DNA from: Bacteroidia bacterium
GTDB taxonomy: Bacteria; Bacteroidota; Bacteroidia; AKYH767-A; OLB10
Assembly (NCBI GenBank): GCA_038215705.1
Contig: JBBQQQ010000004.1
Coordinates: 147,382 to 211,381, forward strand
Direction of reading: 5' to 3'
Length of the DNA: 64,000 bases
The translations under genes and the position numbers were made by a program. Positions 46,231-56,971 of this stretch are shown one piece after another. Each line of letters opens with the position of its first letter. Position 1 is the first letter of the stretch. The notes under the pieces are model-generated. The model saw only the letters and a program-made list of their open reading frames with translations. It did no database searches and was not told the DNA's origin.

Positions 46231-47358
46231 TTATTTTAAAGCAGCACTAAGTGTTTTAAATAATTCAGCATGTTTGGCAGCCACTATTTTCCATGTAAAT
46301 TTATCCTTTACACGGGAGTAGGAGGCAGTTGACATTGATTTTTTTTCACCAGTTGAGAGGTTGCTGTAGTCCAGGATAGCTTTTTTGAGTGAATTAACAT
46401 CATTTTTCTCAATAATATAGCCATTGGTTGCATCCACCATTTCGCGGGTAGCACCTACATCGGTGACTATTATGGGCATTCCATGTGCCATAGCTTCCAG
46501 CACTACGGTTGGCATTCCTTCAAAAAGTGTTGGTAGTACAAACACATCATTGGTGCGGTATAATTCATTCAATTTATCGTCATCGGCAAAACCAAGAAAA
46601 TTCAGATTTGCAAACGCATATTGTTTGGTATAAGTATCGAACAACGGACCTTTCCCCACCAGGTTAAAAATGAATTTCCCGGAATAACCGGCCTCATTCA
46701 GTTCCTTCACGGCCTGGGCCAGCACATTAATACCTTTGTTCAGGGCGAATCTACCGACAAATAAAAATTGGATGGGTAGAGTATTTCGGTCAAAGTTCCG
46801 TAACGTGACATCGGGTACATTTACTGCATTCGGTAACACAGCAACTTTTCCGGGGGTGGTAAGTTTTTGAAGAATACCGGTAAGTCTGCCTCCAAGTGAA
46901 ACCACACGGCCGGCATTTCTGAAAAGGTGGTTGAAGATGAGCCTGAACGGTGTTCCCAGCAGGTAGTCGCGCATGGTGAGTGATTGGTAAGGCTCCAGGC
47001 CATGAGGATTAACGATTAAACGCTTCCCTACTTTGGCGATTTTGGACCAAACGGTCAATCCCTGCGAATATATAACTGCATCGGGATGCGCCAGAGTGAC
47101 CTCGTAAACTTTTTTTGAATAATTCCAGCAATCAATCAGGTAACGTCCGCTCGATTTTCCGGGGCTGACAACTACTTCCGCTATAGCGGGATTATTGAAC
47201 ACGCTCACACCTTCGTGCGGATGCACCACTATTAACTCCATGTCCTGCATCGCTGCAAGTTGCTCAACCAGCAGACGTGAATGTCGCTGCATCCCTCCCA
47301 CAGCATGAGGAAAAATACCATCGGTACAAAAAAGTACTTTCAATTTATTTACACTCAT
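46231..47358 (-). CDS. GT4-family glycosyltransferase (GT-B)
   Basis: EGMPTVVLEAMAHGMPIIVTDVGA (E-x7-E). Confidence 0.8.
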   Translation of the reverse strand: MSVNKLKVLFCTDGIFPHAVGGMQRHSRLLVEQLAAMQDMELIVVHPHEGVSVFNNPAIAEVVVSPGKSSGRYLIDCWNYSKKVYEVTLAHPDAVIYSQGLTVWSKIAKVGKRLIVNPHGLEPYQSLTMRDYLLGTPFRLIFNHLFRNAGRVVSLGGRLTGILQKLTTPGKVAVLPNAVNVPDVTLRNFDRNTLPIQFLFVGRFALNKGINVLAQAVKELNEAGYSGKFIFNLVGKGPLFDTYTKQYAFANLNFLGFADDDKLNELYRTNDVFVLPTLFEGMPTVVLEAMAHGMPIIVTDVGATREMVDATNGYIIEKNDVNSLKKAILDYSNLSTGEKKSMSTASYSRVKDKFTWKIVAAKHAELFKTLSAALK

Positions 47359-48260
47359 TGCACCAGTGTCTTAATTCCTTCTTCAATTCCAATTTTAGGT
47401 TCCCAGCCAAGGGATTTCAGCTTTGTAACATCAGCAAGTAAATGCATTCTTTCCACTTTGCGTACACGTGCGGGGTCCACTTCAATTTCAATGGGTTCAC
47501 CTATGGCTTTTGAAAATGCTTCCACAATTTCAGTAACTGCATACTCAATGCCACGCCCAAGATTAAATGTATCAATTCCATTACCACTTTTTTCAAGAAG
47601 GATTTTAACAGCGCTGGCCATATCATGCGTATGAATAAAATCACGTTTAGGGGTAAGGTTTCCTAATTTAATCTTGCGATTGCCGCCAAGAATCTGTTTC
47701 TGAATTTCGGGAATCAGGTGAGGGTTGGTTTCATTCGGACCAAAAGCATTGAAGAACCGGCACACCACGGTAGGTATGCTGGTCATCAGGTGAAACTCAT
47801 TGCAAAGGTGTTCACAGGTGAGTTTCGACAATCCATAAATATCAAGCGGGCCGGTTTCATGTTTTTCAGTAACGGCCTCATCGTAAATCGGGTAAACGGC
47901 TGCAGTGGAAGCGAACAGAATTTTTTCCACTTTGGCTCTGCGTGCAGCATCAAGAATGTGCATGGTTCCCCTGATATTTATGTCGCTCGAATCATAAGGA
48001 TGTTCGTTGCAATACGGGATGAAATGTATTGCAGCCAGGTGAATAATAATTTGTGGTTTTATGTTGCTGATAATTTCATTAACACGATCCTTGTTAAGAA
48101 TATCTTCTTTAAAAAAATTAGCATCCGGTAAATTGATAAACTGCCTGTTTCCAAACGATAAATTATCGATTACGAATAGTTCATGATTATATTTCTGAAG
48201 ATGTTCTATAACTGCTGATCCTATGAAACCGGCACCCCCGGTAATCAAAATTTTGCTCAT
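47355..48260 (-). CDS. NAD-dependent sugar-nucleotide epimerase/dehydratase (UDP-hexose 4-epimerase-like SDR)
   Basis: N-terminal ILITGGAGFIGS Rossmann motif. The catalytic YxxxK is present (YGLSK). Confidence 0.8.
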   Translation of the reverse strand: MSKILITGGAGFIGSAVIEHLQKYNHELFVIDNLSFGNRQFINLPDANFFKEDILNKDRVNEIISNIKPQIIIHLAAIHFIPYCNEHPYDSSDINIRGTMHILDAARRAKVEKILFASTAAVYPIYDEAVTEKHETGPLDIYGLSKLTCEHLCNEFHLMTSIPTVVCRFFNAFGPNETNPHLIPEIQKQILGGNRKIKLGNLTPKRDFIHTHDMASAVKILLEKSGNGIDTFNLGRGIEYAVTEIVEAFSKAIGEPIEIEVDPARVRKVERMHLLADVTKLKSLGWEPKIGIEEGIKTLVQ

Positions 48261-48264
48261 GGTA

Positions 48265-49428
48265 TTAGTCTTGATTTATAAAATTAATTAATTGTTTGTA
48301 TTCATTTTTGCATGCACTTTTAGTGAAATGATCAATTGCAAGCTGAATCATTCGTTGTTTTTCCGTCGCCGGAGTTTTTACTGGATTGATAGCATCATTT
48401 GCATTTATTACCATGCCACAATTGTGTCTTTTTGTAAAATCAGAATAATCACCGAGGTTTTCAGAAATTATCACCGGAAGTCCGGCCGATAAATATTCAG
48501 CAAATTTAGTAGGTGATGCAACCTGGTTGGTTACACTGTTCTCACGAAACAGAATTCCATAATCGCAGGCTGCCAGAACTTTTTGAACTTCATGATGTTT
48601 CACCCATTTACTTTTTACCTGCGAAGGAAACTTTTTTTTCATACCGGCAATGTTTTCATCTTCTCCTGATAAAAACAGCAGTTTAAATCGTTTATCTTTT
48701 TGCAATACAGTACCCAGTAAATTCCCAAGTGTATTAAACGACTGCCATCCGGCTGTTGATCCTGAATACACCATAATGATATCATCGGCCTCGAACCCTG
48801 TCAGCTTGCGTTCCTGCAATAATTCATCTTCACTGAACGAAGATGCCCTGAAGCCCGTATTCAGCGTGCAGGGAATTACCACGTGTTTTTCACTTTTGTA
48901 ACCGTAGGAATTATTCCAGTAGGTGATGAGACGTGATGAAACGGCAATTCGGAAGTCACTTTCAAGAACTGCAGTCTTTTCCTGTTCGTAAATCAGCTTT
49001 TTCATTTGTTCATCCGGCACGACTTTATATTCATTCCATTCTGCAGCAATAGCTCCACGGCCATCGAGTATCACTTTTTTTACAACACCTGCCTTTTTTG
49101 AAAACAGCGCAATTTTTGCAGCAATAACATTCCGGGCAATCACTTTTCGTTCTCCTGTTAAGATGCAAACCAGCAAAAAAATCAACGAAGTAAATTGCCA
49201 GTATTTCGCTTTTGGTAATGCAGGCAACACCCATGCTCCGGGAAATTCATTTCTTATTTTTTCCCGGTTAGCCCGGAAGGAGTGCAGTGATATAACGGCA
49301 ACTAACCGTACTTCTGCATGCAATTCCTTATTTAAAAAATTACACACGTCGCTTACCTGGCTTGAATACACCCCTGAAGGCTGATCATTGTATGTTAGGT
49401 AAATCATGTTGTTATACGATGCAAACAT
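48265..49428 (-). CDS. putative GT-B-fold glycosyltransferase
   Basis: The C-terminal segment SPTKFAEYLSAGLPVI resembles the GT1/GT4 donor-binding helix. The N-terminal domain is unassigned. Confidence 0.45.
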   Translation of the reverse strand: MFASYNNMIYLTYNDQPSGVYSSQVSDVCNFLNKELHAEVRLVAVISLHSFRANREKIRNEFPGAWVLPALPKAKYWQFTSLIFLLVCILTGERKVIARNVIAAKIALFSKKAGVVKKVILDGRGAIAAEWNEYKVVPDEQMKKLIYEQEKTAVLESDFRIAVSSRLITYWNNSYGYKSEKHVVIPCTLNTGFRASSFSEDELLQERKLTGFEADDIIMVYSGSTAGWQSFNTLGNLLGTVLQKDKRFKLLFLSGEDENIAGMKKKFPSQVKSKWVKHHEVQKVLAACDYGILFRENSVTNQVASPTKFAEYLSAGLPVIISENLGDYSDFTKRHNCGMVINANDAINPVKTPATEKQRMIQLAIDHFTKSACKNEYKQLINFINQD

Positions 49429-49431
49429 TTA

Positions 49432-50505
49432 TCAGGTAGGAATCATTTTAAGGAAGTCGGTTTCCAGACGGTATAATTCATTGGCTTTTTTCATGAAACG
49501 GTTAAACATGGTTAAGTTATGACAGGTGATCATTTTTGGATGAGAGATAAAATGCATGTAAGCATGTTCATCCAGGAAACGAAGATATATTTTCAGCTTC
49601 ACACGGGTGAGCAGTTCAATGGCCACTCTTTCTGATTGACTATTGCTGATATCGTTCCCCTCAGGCGAAGCAGGGCTTACATTCTCAAGAATTCTGGAAG
49701 GCTGTCCTTCGCCTTTGTGGAAAGTGTGGTCGCGGGTAAGCTTCATGTGCAGTTTGAGCCACACTTTATTCAGCCAAGCTGTAAAGGAAGGGATCGGTAT
49801 GGAACTGATATTGAACTGCAGGTAGGGGCCTTTTTCATTTTCCTTGCAAACATCATTGCTGAAGGAATAAATATTTTTGCGGGGTGCCGATGAGAAATCA
49901 AAAAATTGCGCATCGGTGAACTGGTAAAACCCGCCCAGTACACTGAATTCATATTTAAAATTATGCTTTTCAAAAAACGGAATAAAATCATTAAATGGCT
50001 GAATACTCCATCCACCTGCACGAAAGGCATTAATCTGGTAACCGGGAAACTGCGGATAAATAATTTCTTTCAGCAACAAAACCGAGCCATCAAAGACCCT
50101 TGCTCTATCAGCTTCGGAAATATTCCGGAACAGGTATTTCGATGTACTGTTTAGCCGCCACTGGTTTTTATCAGCAATATATTCAGCGTCCAGCCAATGA
50201 GGATGCAAATGAGGAAATACATAATGACCCTTACCTACAAGTTCTCTTAATTGTTCTGCAACCTTGTTGAAATCAGCGGCACACAAAGGAACCGTTGCGG
50301 CCTGTTCTTTTAATCGCAGTAAATAAGTTGTATCAACAAAAAATATCGCTTTTGCATTGTACCGGGAAAGCAGGGCAATTATCCGATTGGTAGGAACTAT
50401 CATACAATCGTCGACATACCCGCTCCTGTTGCCCAGGAAAAGTTCATAATCAAAAGTTATCAGCAGTTGTTTTTGTATCGGCTGCGACTTGGTTTTTAAA
50501 GACAT
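49432..50505 (-). CDS. hypothetical protein, possibly polysaccharide-deacetylase-like
   Basis: 357-aa ORF. The N-terminal ITFDYE...FFVD is reminiscent of the NodB-fold TFDDG motif, but this is weak. Confidence 0.3.
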   Translation of the reverse strand: MSLKTKSQPIQKQLLITFDYELFLGNRSGYVDDCMIVPTNRIIALLSRYNAKAIFFVDTTYLLRLKEQAATVPLCAADFNKVAEQLRELVGKGHYVFPHLHPHWLDAEYIADKNQWRLNSTSKYLFRNISEADRARVFDGSVLLLKEIIYPQFPGYQINAFRAGGWSIQPFNDFIPFFEKHNFKYEFSVLGGFYQFTDAQFFDFSSAPRKNIYSFSNDVCKENEKGPYLQFNISSIPIPSFTAWLNKVWLKLHMKLTRDHTFHKGEGQPSRILENVSPASPEGNDISNSQSERVAIELLTRVKLKIYLRFLDEHAYMHFISHPKMITCHNLTMFNRFMKKANELYRLETDFLKMIPT

Positions 50506-50506
50506 A

Positions 50507-51721
50507 TTAACTTTGTAGTGCTATACGATTCTCTATAACAGAGTGGTAAAGTGAAATTATAGCGCTTGCAATCTTGTGTTCATTAAAATTTTCACGACAA
50601 TATTTAACCATAGCCGGCTGATCATAGGTGTTGTAATTTAATATCACATGTTCCATGCCGTTAGCCAGGGCAGCGGCTTCATGCTCTTTTACTATAACGC
50701 CCTGCTCAGGATGTATAAAATCAAGTGGGCCACCTGAATCAGTAGTTACAACAGGACGACCACAGGCCAGGCTTTCGATGAGCACCACGCCAAAGGTTTC
50801 ATACTGACTTGCCAGTACAAACGAATGACACTTATCCAGTTCATCCTTTACTTCACTACGCCATAATTTACCGGTAAACTTTATATTTTCCTGAAGCTCC
50901 AGATCATTAACTAATTTATGGAGATCATTTTCTTCCGGCCCGTCTCCGCCTATTGTCAAATGAGCGTCAATATTCTTTTCCTTTAATATTTTGATGGCAT
51001 TTATAATCAGGGGTATATTTTTTCGGGGTAGCAGGAATGAATTAGTAAAGAACCGGAATGGTTCACCGGGAGTATACGTTTTCGGGATAAATGTTTTAAA
51101 AAACAGGTCATTTACGAGGTTATGTACAACCTTAAACGTATTGGGTTTTAATGCGAGTTGTTTTTCAAGATCTCTACGGAAGTTGCTACTGACAATAATT
51201 GAGGAATCAGCATATTCAAATATTTCACAAGCCATTTCCACATCCGTCTTGTGATTGATATATCCCATCAGGTAAGCCGTAAGATGCTCCGTGATGATAA
51301 AAGGAATTTTATACAGTTTAGCTATATAAAAACCAGCAATACCGGCGTGGAATACCGAGTGTGCATGAATTATATCGGGCATTCCGAATGTAGTAACGTA
51401 ATCATCAAATACAGTTCTCACTGATTTACTGAAATGCCGGTAACTGAGGCGCCGCAATTTTGGAATTCCGGCTGTAGCACGTATGTGAAAAGTGGGAATA
51501 CCTTTGTCCATATAGAAATCAATCATCTCCTTATTCTCCCTCGACAATAATGCTCCGGGAGGTGTATACTCAGGATAAATAATTCCTACTTTAAAGCCTT
51601 CATTCTGAAGTGCGCGTGCCTGTTCTTCGAAAAATGTACCCAGCACCGGAGTTTCCGGAGTTTTGTACCACGAAGGCATTATGAGGATATGTAGTTTTTC
51701 TTTTTTAGGGTTGGTTATCAT
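50507..51721 (-). CDS. GT4-family glycosyltransferase (GT-B)
   Basis: QYETFGVVLIESLACGRPVVTTDSGG (E-x7-E). Confidence 0.75.
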   Translation of the reverse strand: MITNPKKEKLHILIMPSWYKTPETPVLGTFFEEQARALQNEGFKVGIIYPEYTPPGALLSRENKEMIDFYMDKGIPTFHIRATAGIPKLRRLSYRHFSKSVRTVFDDYVTTFGMPDIIHAHSVFHAGIAGFYIAKLYKIPFIITEHLTAYLMGYINHKTDVEMACEIFEYADSSIIVSSNFRRDLEKQLALKPNTFKVVHNLVNDLFFKTFIPKTYTPGEPFRFFTNSFLLPRKNIPLIINAIKILKEKNIDAHLTIGGDGPEENDLHKLVNDLELQENIKFTGKLWRSEVKDELDKCHSFVLASQYETFGVVLIESLACGRPVVTTDSGGPLDFIHPEQGVIVKEHEAAALANGMEHVILNYNTYDQPAMVKYCRENFNEHKIASAIISLYHSVIENRIALQS

Positions 51722-51740
51722 AAAGCTGAACTAAAAAAAA

Positions 51741-52745
51741 TTATTGGTTGATCTGGTCTATGATATCAGTGACCCGGTTTCCCCCGGTCCATACTTTTAC
51801 AATTGTATCATAGGCTTTGGCTTTCATCGGAAGCAGATCAATTTTCCACAGGTAACCTGTTTTAAGATCGCCTCCGAATCCTTTTTTAAACCGGAAGATA
51901 CCTTCCAGTGTTGGGTTATTGTTTTTTAAACGAACTCCTACAAAGTCATATTTTTTAACACCCCGCTGCTTGAGAAATTTCATCACCTCAAAATTCAAGA
52001 GTTTGGCGGCACCGTAAAGTTTCGACTCTCCCTGTGTTCCCGCGTGGGTCAGGAAAGCGGAATAGCGGGTGTAAATCACGAATATGCCACTTACAGGCTC
52101 ATTCTGATCATATACTACCGCACTTAATACCCTGTTTTCACCAAGATATTTATACATTGATGAAAAGTAATCCAGGCTATCGGAATGTAACCCTGCATAA
52201 TCCATCGTGCTTTTATACACCGTGAAAAAATCATTCAGCGTTTCTTTTCCTAATTTTATTATGGCACCATTTTTTATGGAGTGATTAACAGCCTTCTGAT
52301 ATTTTGGATGAAACTTATTAAAGATCTGTTCCTCGGATTGATTTTCAAGATCAATAATATAAGTTCCGAATTCACAATATTTCGCCATTGGTGGCCTTGC
52401 TGCAAGAATTCCGTAAGGCTGAGGTTGCATCAGCCGTTCACAGTTATCTTTTTTTTCCAGCATTATTATAAGCTTTTCAAAATACTGCAATTGCTCTTCC
52501 GGACCCAGTTCTACAGCATCTCGCACCGGTGCAAAAAGAATTTGAGCGGGTGCGAAAAGTTTCAGATCCGTAAATCGAAGTGGCATGAATGCCTGCATCT
52601 GCTCATCATAAGCAATTTTAACAGGCTCCCTGAAAAAATGCAGATGAAACCGGCTGAACTCCGACAAAAACTGGAAAGGCCAGTTATCATCAATCCGGGC
52701 AAGGATTTTATGGTCAGCAGGGTTTAAATGGTTAAGCAGTTTCAT
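51741..52745 (-). CDS. FemAB-like / GNAT-fold acyl- or aminoacyl-transferase
   Basis: 334 aa. The composition and the C-terminal YGAAKLLNFEVMKFLKQRGVKKYDFVG resemble FemABX-family transferases. This is a motif-level call only. Confidence 0.4.
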   Translation of the reverse strand: MKLLNHLNPADHKILARIDDNWPFQFLSEFSRFHLHFFREPVKIAYDEQMQAFMPLRFTDLKLFAPAQILFAPVRDAVELGPEEQLQYFEKLIIMLEKKDNCERLMQPQPYGILAARPPMAKYCEFGTYIIDLENQSEEQIFNKFHPKYQKAVNHSIKNGAIIKLGKETLNDFFTVYKSTMDYAGLHSDSLDYFSSMYKYLGENRVLSAVVYDQNEPVSGIFVIYTRYSAFLTHAGTQGESKLYGAAKLLNFEVMKFLKQRGVKKYDFVGVRLKNNNPTLEGIFRFKKGFGGDLKTGYLWKIDLLPMKAKAYDTIVKVWTGGNRVTDIIDQINQ

Positions 52746-52751
52746 GGGTAA

Positions 52752-53882
52752 TCAAAGACTGTAAATATTTTTCTGATTCAACTCATCTTTGAATAGGGTC
52801 ATGCAAACTTCCAGAATGCGATGTGTTGAGTTACCATCCCATAAGGGGGGAATAGCACCTTTTTTATGTTTTCCCTGTTTGATCTGTTCGATGTTTGCTT
52901 TTACAATGGCTGCATCAAAAGGAATAAGTTCATTGGTACCGATGATAATGGTGGAAGGCCGTTCCGTATTTGGACGAAGTGTCAGACAAGGAATTTGCCG
53001 GAATGTGGTTTCTTCCTGGATACCGCCACTATCGGTTATTACAAAACTGCAATCCGCAGTAAGTTTCTGAAAACTGAAATAATCCAGTGGTTCAGTCAGA
53101 ATAAGTTTTTTATTTTCAGAAATCCGTTTCATCAAACCGAACGATTCGAGTTTGTTCGTCGTGCGCGGATGGATCGGGAAAACAAGGTGCATCGATTCTG
53201 TGATGAAATCAATGATGTCAATTAGTTTTGTGAGTCCCTCTGCAAAATCAACGGTTGCAGGTCGGTGCATGGTCATCAGTGCGTAGGCACCTTTATTTAT
53301 TTTTAAGCGTTTAAGTACCTCATCTTTTCGTATTTTATCTTCAAAAGCCACAAGTGTATCAATCATGGTATTTCCAACAAAGAAAATCTGTTCGGGAGAT
53401 TTCCGTTCCGCTGTCAGGTGATCAATTCCACTTTGTTCGGTAACAAAAAAATAATCTGTTATCTCATCCGTTAGCAAACGATTGATCTCTTCTGGCATTC
53501 CCCGGTCATTGCTTCGCAGACCACTTTCGATATGTGCGATTTTAATTCCCATTTTATTCGCCGTAAGGGCTGCTGCAAAAGTTGAATTTACATCACCTAC
53601 TACCATGATTAAAGAAGGCTGAAATTCTTTAACCACTTTTTCAATGCGGATCATGATTTCAGCCATTTGCGTATTGGCTGATTCAGCAGGTATGTTCAGG
53701 AAATAGTCCGGAGTCAATTCAAACTGGCGAAAAAATACATCGGCCATTTTATCATCATAATGTTGCCCGGTGTGTACAATTTTTATGTCAAAAGGTGACC
53801 CTAACTGTTCATTAACTTTTTTAAACTGGGTAACTTTAATAAAGTTCGGTCGGGTTCCAACAACTATGAGAATTCGGCACAT
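52752..53882 (-). CDS. wecB: UDP-N-acetylglucosamine 2-epimerase (non-hydrolysing)
   Basis: 376 aa. The N-terminal ILIVVGTRPNFIKV and the conserved HxEAGLRS-like segment (HIESGLRS) are typical of WecB/MnaA. Confidence 0.85.
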   Translation of the reverse strand: MCRILIVVGTRPNFIKVTQFKKVNEQLGSPFDIKIVHTGQHYDDKMADVFFRQFELTPDYFLNIPAESANTQMAEIMIRIEKVVKEFQPSLIMVVGDVNSTFAAALTANKMGIKIAHIESGLRSNDRGMPEEINRLLTDEITDYFFVTEQSGIDHLTAERKSPEQIFFVGNTMIDTLVAFEDKIRKDEVLKRLKINKGAYALMTMHRPATVDFAEGLTKLIDIIDFITESMHLVFPIHPRTTNKLESFGLMKRISENKKLILTEPLDYFSFQKLTADCSFVITDSGGIQEETTFRQIPCLTLRPNTERPSTIIIGTNELIPFDAAIVKANIEQIKQGKHKKGAIPPLWDGNSTHRILEVCMTLFKDELNQKNIYSL

Positions 53883-54007
53883 TTAGATTGAATTTATAAA
53901 ATGTAAATTTATTAATTACGCTCCACATTCAGGGATGGATTTTTACGTAGTAAACCTGAAAATGTTCGTACCGGAACAGAGATTAATCGGCTTTAGGAAT
54001 CAGGCTG

Positions 54008-55138
54008 TTAGCGCATGGAATCCTGCATCATCAGGGCTTCCACGAAATAGCGCACTCCCCAGCTGGTAATTTCATAGGAGCAATAGTTGCCGCTTATTGG
54101 CCAGGAACCGGAAACACCGCCATGAATCAATGGAGTTTTTGACTCCAGTTGTTTGCCTTTGACGTAATCTGTGATCAGGTCAGCTTTGGCCTTTAAACCG
54201 GCATTTGCCTCTAAAGAAGCTAGTTTGTAGGTCGTAAGTGCAAGCAGGCAACTTCCCGGAAGGCAGGAAAAACTGGCGTTTGAGTTAAAATTTTCATCAA
54301 GTTCTCCCACCAGGAATCCATGAGGTCCTACGTTATTCAGCACGGGAATGAGGCCTTTTTTAGCCGCATCTTTCCAACTTTCATTTCCGGTTAAAATGCC
54401 GGCCTCCAGGATTCCCGCAATTGCATATCCTATTGTGATAGTAAATGCTGATCCCGATGAATCAAATCCGTTTCCTTTGAAATAACCACTTTCACTTTGA
54501 AGTCCCAGAGCAAATTCAATGTTCTTTTCACCTGCTTCAAGGTATTTTTTTTCACCTGTAATGCCCGCAAGGCGTATCAACGCGGCAGCAGTGATAGTAT
54601 TGGAACTTAACTGGTGAAAGGTATATTGTCGCCAGCTACCGTCGGCCGACTGAACTTTCAGCAGCCATTCGGCACTTTTAATACATGCTTCAAGCAAATC
54701 ATTTCCCCCCAATTCGTTGTGATGATCTAACAGGCTATGAATTATTAATCCGTTGTTGAAAACCCGGGGGGGCTGGTTCATAAAATCACCGTACGATGCC
54801 GGAAAGGTGCCGTCACGTCGTTGTGTGCGTAACACCCAGTTAACCAGTTCTCTTACCGTATCGGGATTGGAGAAAATGCGATTGTAAATTTCGGGGTAAT
54901 AGGATTTTAACCGGGATAAAACCGGTATCCAGTTCGCGGTAGACATCGGGTAACCATGTGACATGGTATGAGTCATCATGGAGTATTTCGCAGCACCCCC
55001 GCCTTCAGGTAAAAGACTTGCCTGAAACCAGTTCAGTGCATCAGACAAATGGTCTGTTACCTGCGTCTTCGTGTTTTTCGGTTTGCCTGAATAATCAAAA
55101 AACCGGTAGCGTATCTGGGTAAATATTCGTTCAAGCAT
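54008..55138 (-). CDS. alpha/alpha-toroid protein with prenyltransferase/squalene-oxidase-type repeats
   Basis: The sequence TQRRDGTFP, VQSADGSWRQ and LQSESGYF recurs about 50 aa apart. These look like QxxDG(S/T)W repeats. Confidence 0.4.
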   Translation of the reverse strand: MLERIFTQIRYRFFDYSGKPKNTKTQVTDHLSDALNWFQASLLPEGGGAAKYSMMTHTMSHGYPMSTANWIPVLSRLKSYYPEIYNRIFSNPDTVRELVNWVLRTQRRDGTFPASYGDFMNQPPRVFNNGLIIHSLLDHHNELGGNDLLEACIKSAEWLLKVQSADGSWRQYTFHQLSSNTITAAALIRLAGITGEKKYLEAGEKNIEFALGLQSESGYFKGNGFDSSGSAFTITIGYAIAGILEAGILTGNESWKDAAKKGLIPVLNNVGPHGFLVGELDENFNSNASFSCLPGSCLLALTTYKLASLEANAGLKAKADLITDYVKGKQLESKTPLIHGGVSGSWPISGNYCSYEITSWGVRYFVEALMMQDSMR

Positions 55139-55139
55139 A

Positions 55140-56939
55140 TCAGGAAAGTACTTGTGTTACCAGGTCTTTATATTTGTGTATTCCTGCAACTGATCCGTTT
55201 TTCAATTCATAAATCCTGTCACAATTGCGAAGCGTAGTGATCCGGTGTGCAATTATAAGTATGGTTTTATTGGCATTGGATAAGGCATCGATGGATTCGG
55301 TAACTTCGTTTTCCGTTACATTATCGAGTGCGCTTGTAGCTTCATCAAAGATAAGAATATCGGCATTGCGATAGAGCGATCGCGCTATTCCAATGCGTTG
55401 CCGCTGACCGCCGGAAAGATTTGCACCTTTTTCACCGATGAGGCTGTTCATACCATCCGGCATTTTATCTACCATTTGTTTCAGTGAAGCCTGAACAATA
55501 ACGGTTTTTAATAGTTCCTCATCAACATTTGGATCACCCAATGTTATATTTTCCCGGATGGTTCCATCAAGCAGAAAAATATCCTGTTTCACATAACCGA
55601 TATGATCTCTCCAATGAGCGGTATGCTCATTTTTCAATGCTACTCCATCCACCATTACGGCTCCCGAATCTTCCTTGTAAAAACGCAGCAGCAGGTTCAT
55701 GATCGTGGTTTTTCCAGAACCGGAAACGCCGATAAATCCTACTTTCTCACCTTTCCTAATTTCAAAACTTAGATTATTGATAACCGGTTTTTCAGAGTGA
55801 GGGAATGTAAAAAAAACATTTCTGAAAGTAATCGACTCATTAAATGTAACCGGTTCAGGTTTTCCTGCAGGTACTTCATTTTTCAGAAGATCCTCATAGA
55901 TATCAAGATTATCGAGCGTGCGCTGATTCTTTCCGATATACATAAATGAATTCAGCAACCTGCTCATGGAAGGCATTAAACGGTATGCAGCCGCAGCAAA
56001 GGCCCCCACCATTATCAGAACATCAGTTTGTTTGTTGGTAAGGAACATTGCATAAAGGAAAATTAAAACAATTCCCAGGAGCGCGATTAATTCATTAGTG
56101 CGAAGCGGGATCTGACTCAACAGGTTGCTGCTTTGTTGCAATTCCTGGTAATTTTTAAGATGCTTGAGATACCGTTGTTTGTAGCGGGCTTCCTTACCTG
56201 AAATTTTGATGTCAATGTAACCATTTATGGCCTCAGTAAGGGTACTTAAGGCATACGGAAAAACTTCATCAAGGCCGTTGCCGATACGAATCCCTCTTTT
56301 TTTCAATGCAGCGTAAACCATGTACGTTGCCGGTCCAATTGTAACAATTATAAATCCAAAAAGAAATAAATCATAAAAGGCAATGGCAAAAACAATCAGC
56401 AACACAATAATTGTCTCCGATAATATCATGGTGAGTGGATTTATAATCCACTGCACATACGTTGTTGGATTATAAAGAATGTTCCGGATCATCAGTGATG
56501 ATTTGATGCTGTTATAATCAAGATAATCGAGCTGGTAATATTTCGAATATTGTTTTTCAGTTACTGTTAAAGCAATATCGGAGGTGATGCGTGCCTGCAT
56601 CCAGCTTACAAAAATTCCGAATACTGTTTTTACGATGAAATAAGAAAACAAACACGCGATCATGAACAGCACGAACGTTTTTTCAGACGTAAATTCCATG
56701 AAATCGTAAATCGCCTTAAAGTATTGATTCGACTGAATCATCTCGGGATCAGTACCCGCCTTTATCAGTGGCAGAACTGCGGCCAGACCCACCACATCCA
56801 GGATTGCGGAAATAAAAACCAGAATGCTTAGTCCGCCGATCTTACGTTTTTGCGCGGGATTGGTATGTTTGCGAACGCTTCGCAGCGCGTTTAAAAATGC
56901 ATTTCGTTTACTGTCAGCTGTTACTTGCTCTTCACTCAT
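55140..56939 (-). CDS. ABC transporter, fused permease/ATP-binding type-I exporter (MsbA-like)
   Basis: N-terminal 6-TM domain. The NBD carries Walker A GVSGSGKTT, the signature LSGGQRQRIGIARSL and Walker B ILIFDEATSALD. Confidence 0.85.
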   Translation of the reverse strand: MSEEQVTADSKRNAFLNALRSVRKHTNPAQKRKIGGLSILVFISAILDVVGLAAVLPLIKAGTDPEMIQSNQYFKAIYDFMEFTSEKTFVLFMIACLFSYFIVKTVFGIFVSWMQARITSDIALTVTEKQYSKYYQLDYLDYNSIKSSLMIRNILYNPTTYVQWIINPLTMILSETIIVLLIVFAIAFYDLFLFGFIIVTIGPATYMVYAALKKRGIRIGNGLDEVFPYALSTLTEAINGYIDIKISGKEARYKQRYLKHLKNYQELQQSSNLLSQIPLRTNELIALLGIVLIFLYAMFLTNKQTDVLIMVGAFAAAAYRLMPSMSRLLNSFMYIGKNQRTLDNLDIYEDLLKNEVPAGKPEPVTFNESITFRNVFFTFPHSEKPVINNLSFEIRKGEKVGFIGVSGSGKTTIMNLLLRFYKEDSGAVMVDGVALKNEHTAHWRDHIGYVKQDIFLLDGTIRENITLGDPNVDEELLKTVIVQASLKQMVDKMPDGMNSLIGEKGANLSGGQRQRIGIARSLYRNADILIFDEATSALDNVTENEVTESIDALSNANKTILIIAHRITTLRNCDRIYELKNGSVAGIHKYKDLVTQVLS

Positions 56940-56971
56940 TATACATTATAATCCTGCAGGAAATTTAAAAG

